From NCBI GenBank assembly GCA_038087875.1, contig CM075993.1, positions 12,278,001 through 12,342,000 of the forward strand: a DNA stretch of 64,000 nucleotides, given 5' to 3'. Position numbers and translations under genes: made by a program. Below the pieces are notes generated by a model. That model had not been told where the DNA came from, searched no databases, and was given only the letters and a program-made list of their open reading frames with translations. The DNA is from Malacoraja senta (Eukaryota). This document shows positions 62,101-64,000 of the stretch, in pieces (the first letter of the stretch is position 1; every line of letters begins with the position of its first letter).

Positions 62101-64000
62101 GTGTGTTCACCATCCCCCCTGACCTCCCCCTCTCTGATACCGAATGGTCTGTCCTCAGCAGAGGCCTTACCTTTGTCCCCCTCCGTCCCCACCTCAATGA
62201 GTTCTGCGCCCGCCACGACTTGGAGCACTTCTACCGTTGCCTCCGCCTCACAGCGTTCTTCCATGGGAATGAGTCCTCGCCCCCCATTGTTGATCCCTTG
62301 TCCCATCTCCAACGGACCCCCTCCTCTTGGACCCCCCCTCAGGGCCATCTTCTGGCTTTAGACCTTTTTATTCAAAACTGCCGGCGGTACATCACCCGCC
62401 TCGACTTCTCCACTCCCCTGTCTCACTCTAACCTCTCCCCCCCAAACGTACAGCCATCCACTCACTCCGCAACAACCCAGACTGGGTTATCAAACTCGCC
62501 GACAAGGGAGGTGCCGTGGTAGTCTGGCGCGCTGATCTCTACAAAGCTGAAGCCACGCGCCAACTCTCGGACACCTCCTCCTACTTACCCCTGGACCATG
62601 ACCCCACTGACGAGCACCAGGCCACTATCTCTAGCACCATCACCGACTTCATCAACTCCGGCTCCCTGCCCCCGCAAGCCTCCAACCTCATCGTTCCCCA
62701 GCCCGATTTTACCTTCTCCCCAAAATCCACAAACCTGACTGTCCTGGTAGACCCATTGTCTCTGCCTGTTCGTGCCCTACCGAACCTATTTCTACCTACC
62801 GCGACTCCATACTATCCCCCCTGGTTAAATCCCTCCCAACCTATGTTCAAGACACCTCAGACACTCTCCGTCGTCTCCGGGCATTCCAATCTCTTGGCCC
62901 CCATCCCCTCATCTTCACCATGGACGTCCAGTCACTCTACACCTCCATCCCCCACCAGGATGGCCTCAAGGCCCTCCGGTTCTTCCTCGACCGGAGAACC
63001 AACCAATCCCCGTCTACAGATACTCTCCTCCGCCTAGCGGAGTTGGTCCTTACCCTCAATAACTTTTTGTTTGACTCCTCCCATTTCCTCCAAACACAAG
63101 GCGTAGCTATGGGCACGAGCATGGGCCCCAGCTATGCCTGCCTCTTTGAAGGGTACGTAGAACAATCCTTGTTCAATGTGTACCAGGGCCCCATCCCCGT
63201 CCTCTACCTCCACTACATCGACGATTGCATTGGTGCTACCTCCTGCACCCACACACAACTCACTGACCATCAACTTCGTCACTAACTTCCATCCGGCACT
63301 CAAATACACCTGGACCATTTCCCACAATCCCTACCATTTCTTGACCTCACTATCTCCATTGACCGACATCCACTATATACCCACTGACTCCCATGGCTAT
63401 CTAGACTACACGTCTTCCCACCCTGCTTCCTGTAAGGACTCCATCCCCTACTCCCAATTCCTCCGTCTACGCCGCATCTGCTCCCAGGATGAGGTGTTCC
63501 ACACCAGGGCATCGGAAATGTCCTCATTCTTCAGGGAACGAGTGTTCCCCTCCCCTACTATAGATGAGGCTCTCACCAGGGTCTCTTCAATACCCCGCAA
63601 CACTGCTCTCTCTCCCCATCCCCCCCACTCGGAACTAGGGCAGAGTCCCCCTAGTCCTCACCTTCCACCCCACTAGCCGTCACATACAACAAATACTCCT
63701 CCGTCATTTTCGCCACCTCCAACGTGACCCCACCACTCGCCACATCTTCCCATCTGCCCCCCTGTCTGCTTTCCGCAAAGACCGCTCCCTCCATAACTCC
63801 CTGGTCAATTCTTCCCTTCCCACCCACACCACCCCCTCCCCAGGTACTTACCCTTCCAACTGCAGGAGATGCTACACTTGTTGCTTTACCTCCCCCCTCG
63901 ACTCCATTCAAGGACCCAAGCAGTCGTTCCAGGTGCGGCAGAGGTTCACCTGCACCTCCTCCAACCTCATCTATTGCATCCGCTGCTCTAGATGTCAGCT
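62101..64000 (+). mobile_element. Penelope-like element (Neptune-type), runs off window end
   Basis: LSRGLTFVP, MDVQSLYTSIPHQDGL, GVAMGTSMGPSYA, YIDD and SSNLIYCIRC. Confidence 0.92.

Noticed and set aside
49055..64000. LACTB last exon
   Set aside because: No YKWAGGGFLS-like peptide was seen. It probably lies downstream of the window.

Overview
Vertebrate nuclear DNA, most likely a cartilaginous fish (inferred from the CR1, V-SINE/HE1-like and Penelope repeat content). There is one host gene: four internal coding exons of LACTB (mitochondrial serine beta-lactamase-like protein) on the + strand, with canonical phase-consistent splice sites and intact SISK and YST motifs. The first and last exons were not found in the window. 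Almost everything else is heavily nested, mostly decayed transposable elements: a Gypsy provirus with both LTRs and TSD, an antisense env-less class I (epsilon-like) ERV, a structurally complete DIRS element, Penelope-like elements with hammerhead motifs, CR1/L2/L1/Tx1/Rex-Babar LINEs, Harbinger MITEs, an Academ-like element and a Helitron. The best novelty candidate is a Tx1-like retrotransposon found twice at the same nucleotide site of two separate Rex-Babar LINE copies with different 5' truncations, suggesting target-site specificity. Family assignments come from motif recognition, not database searches. Boundaries without a TSD are approximate.
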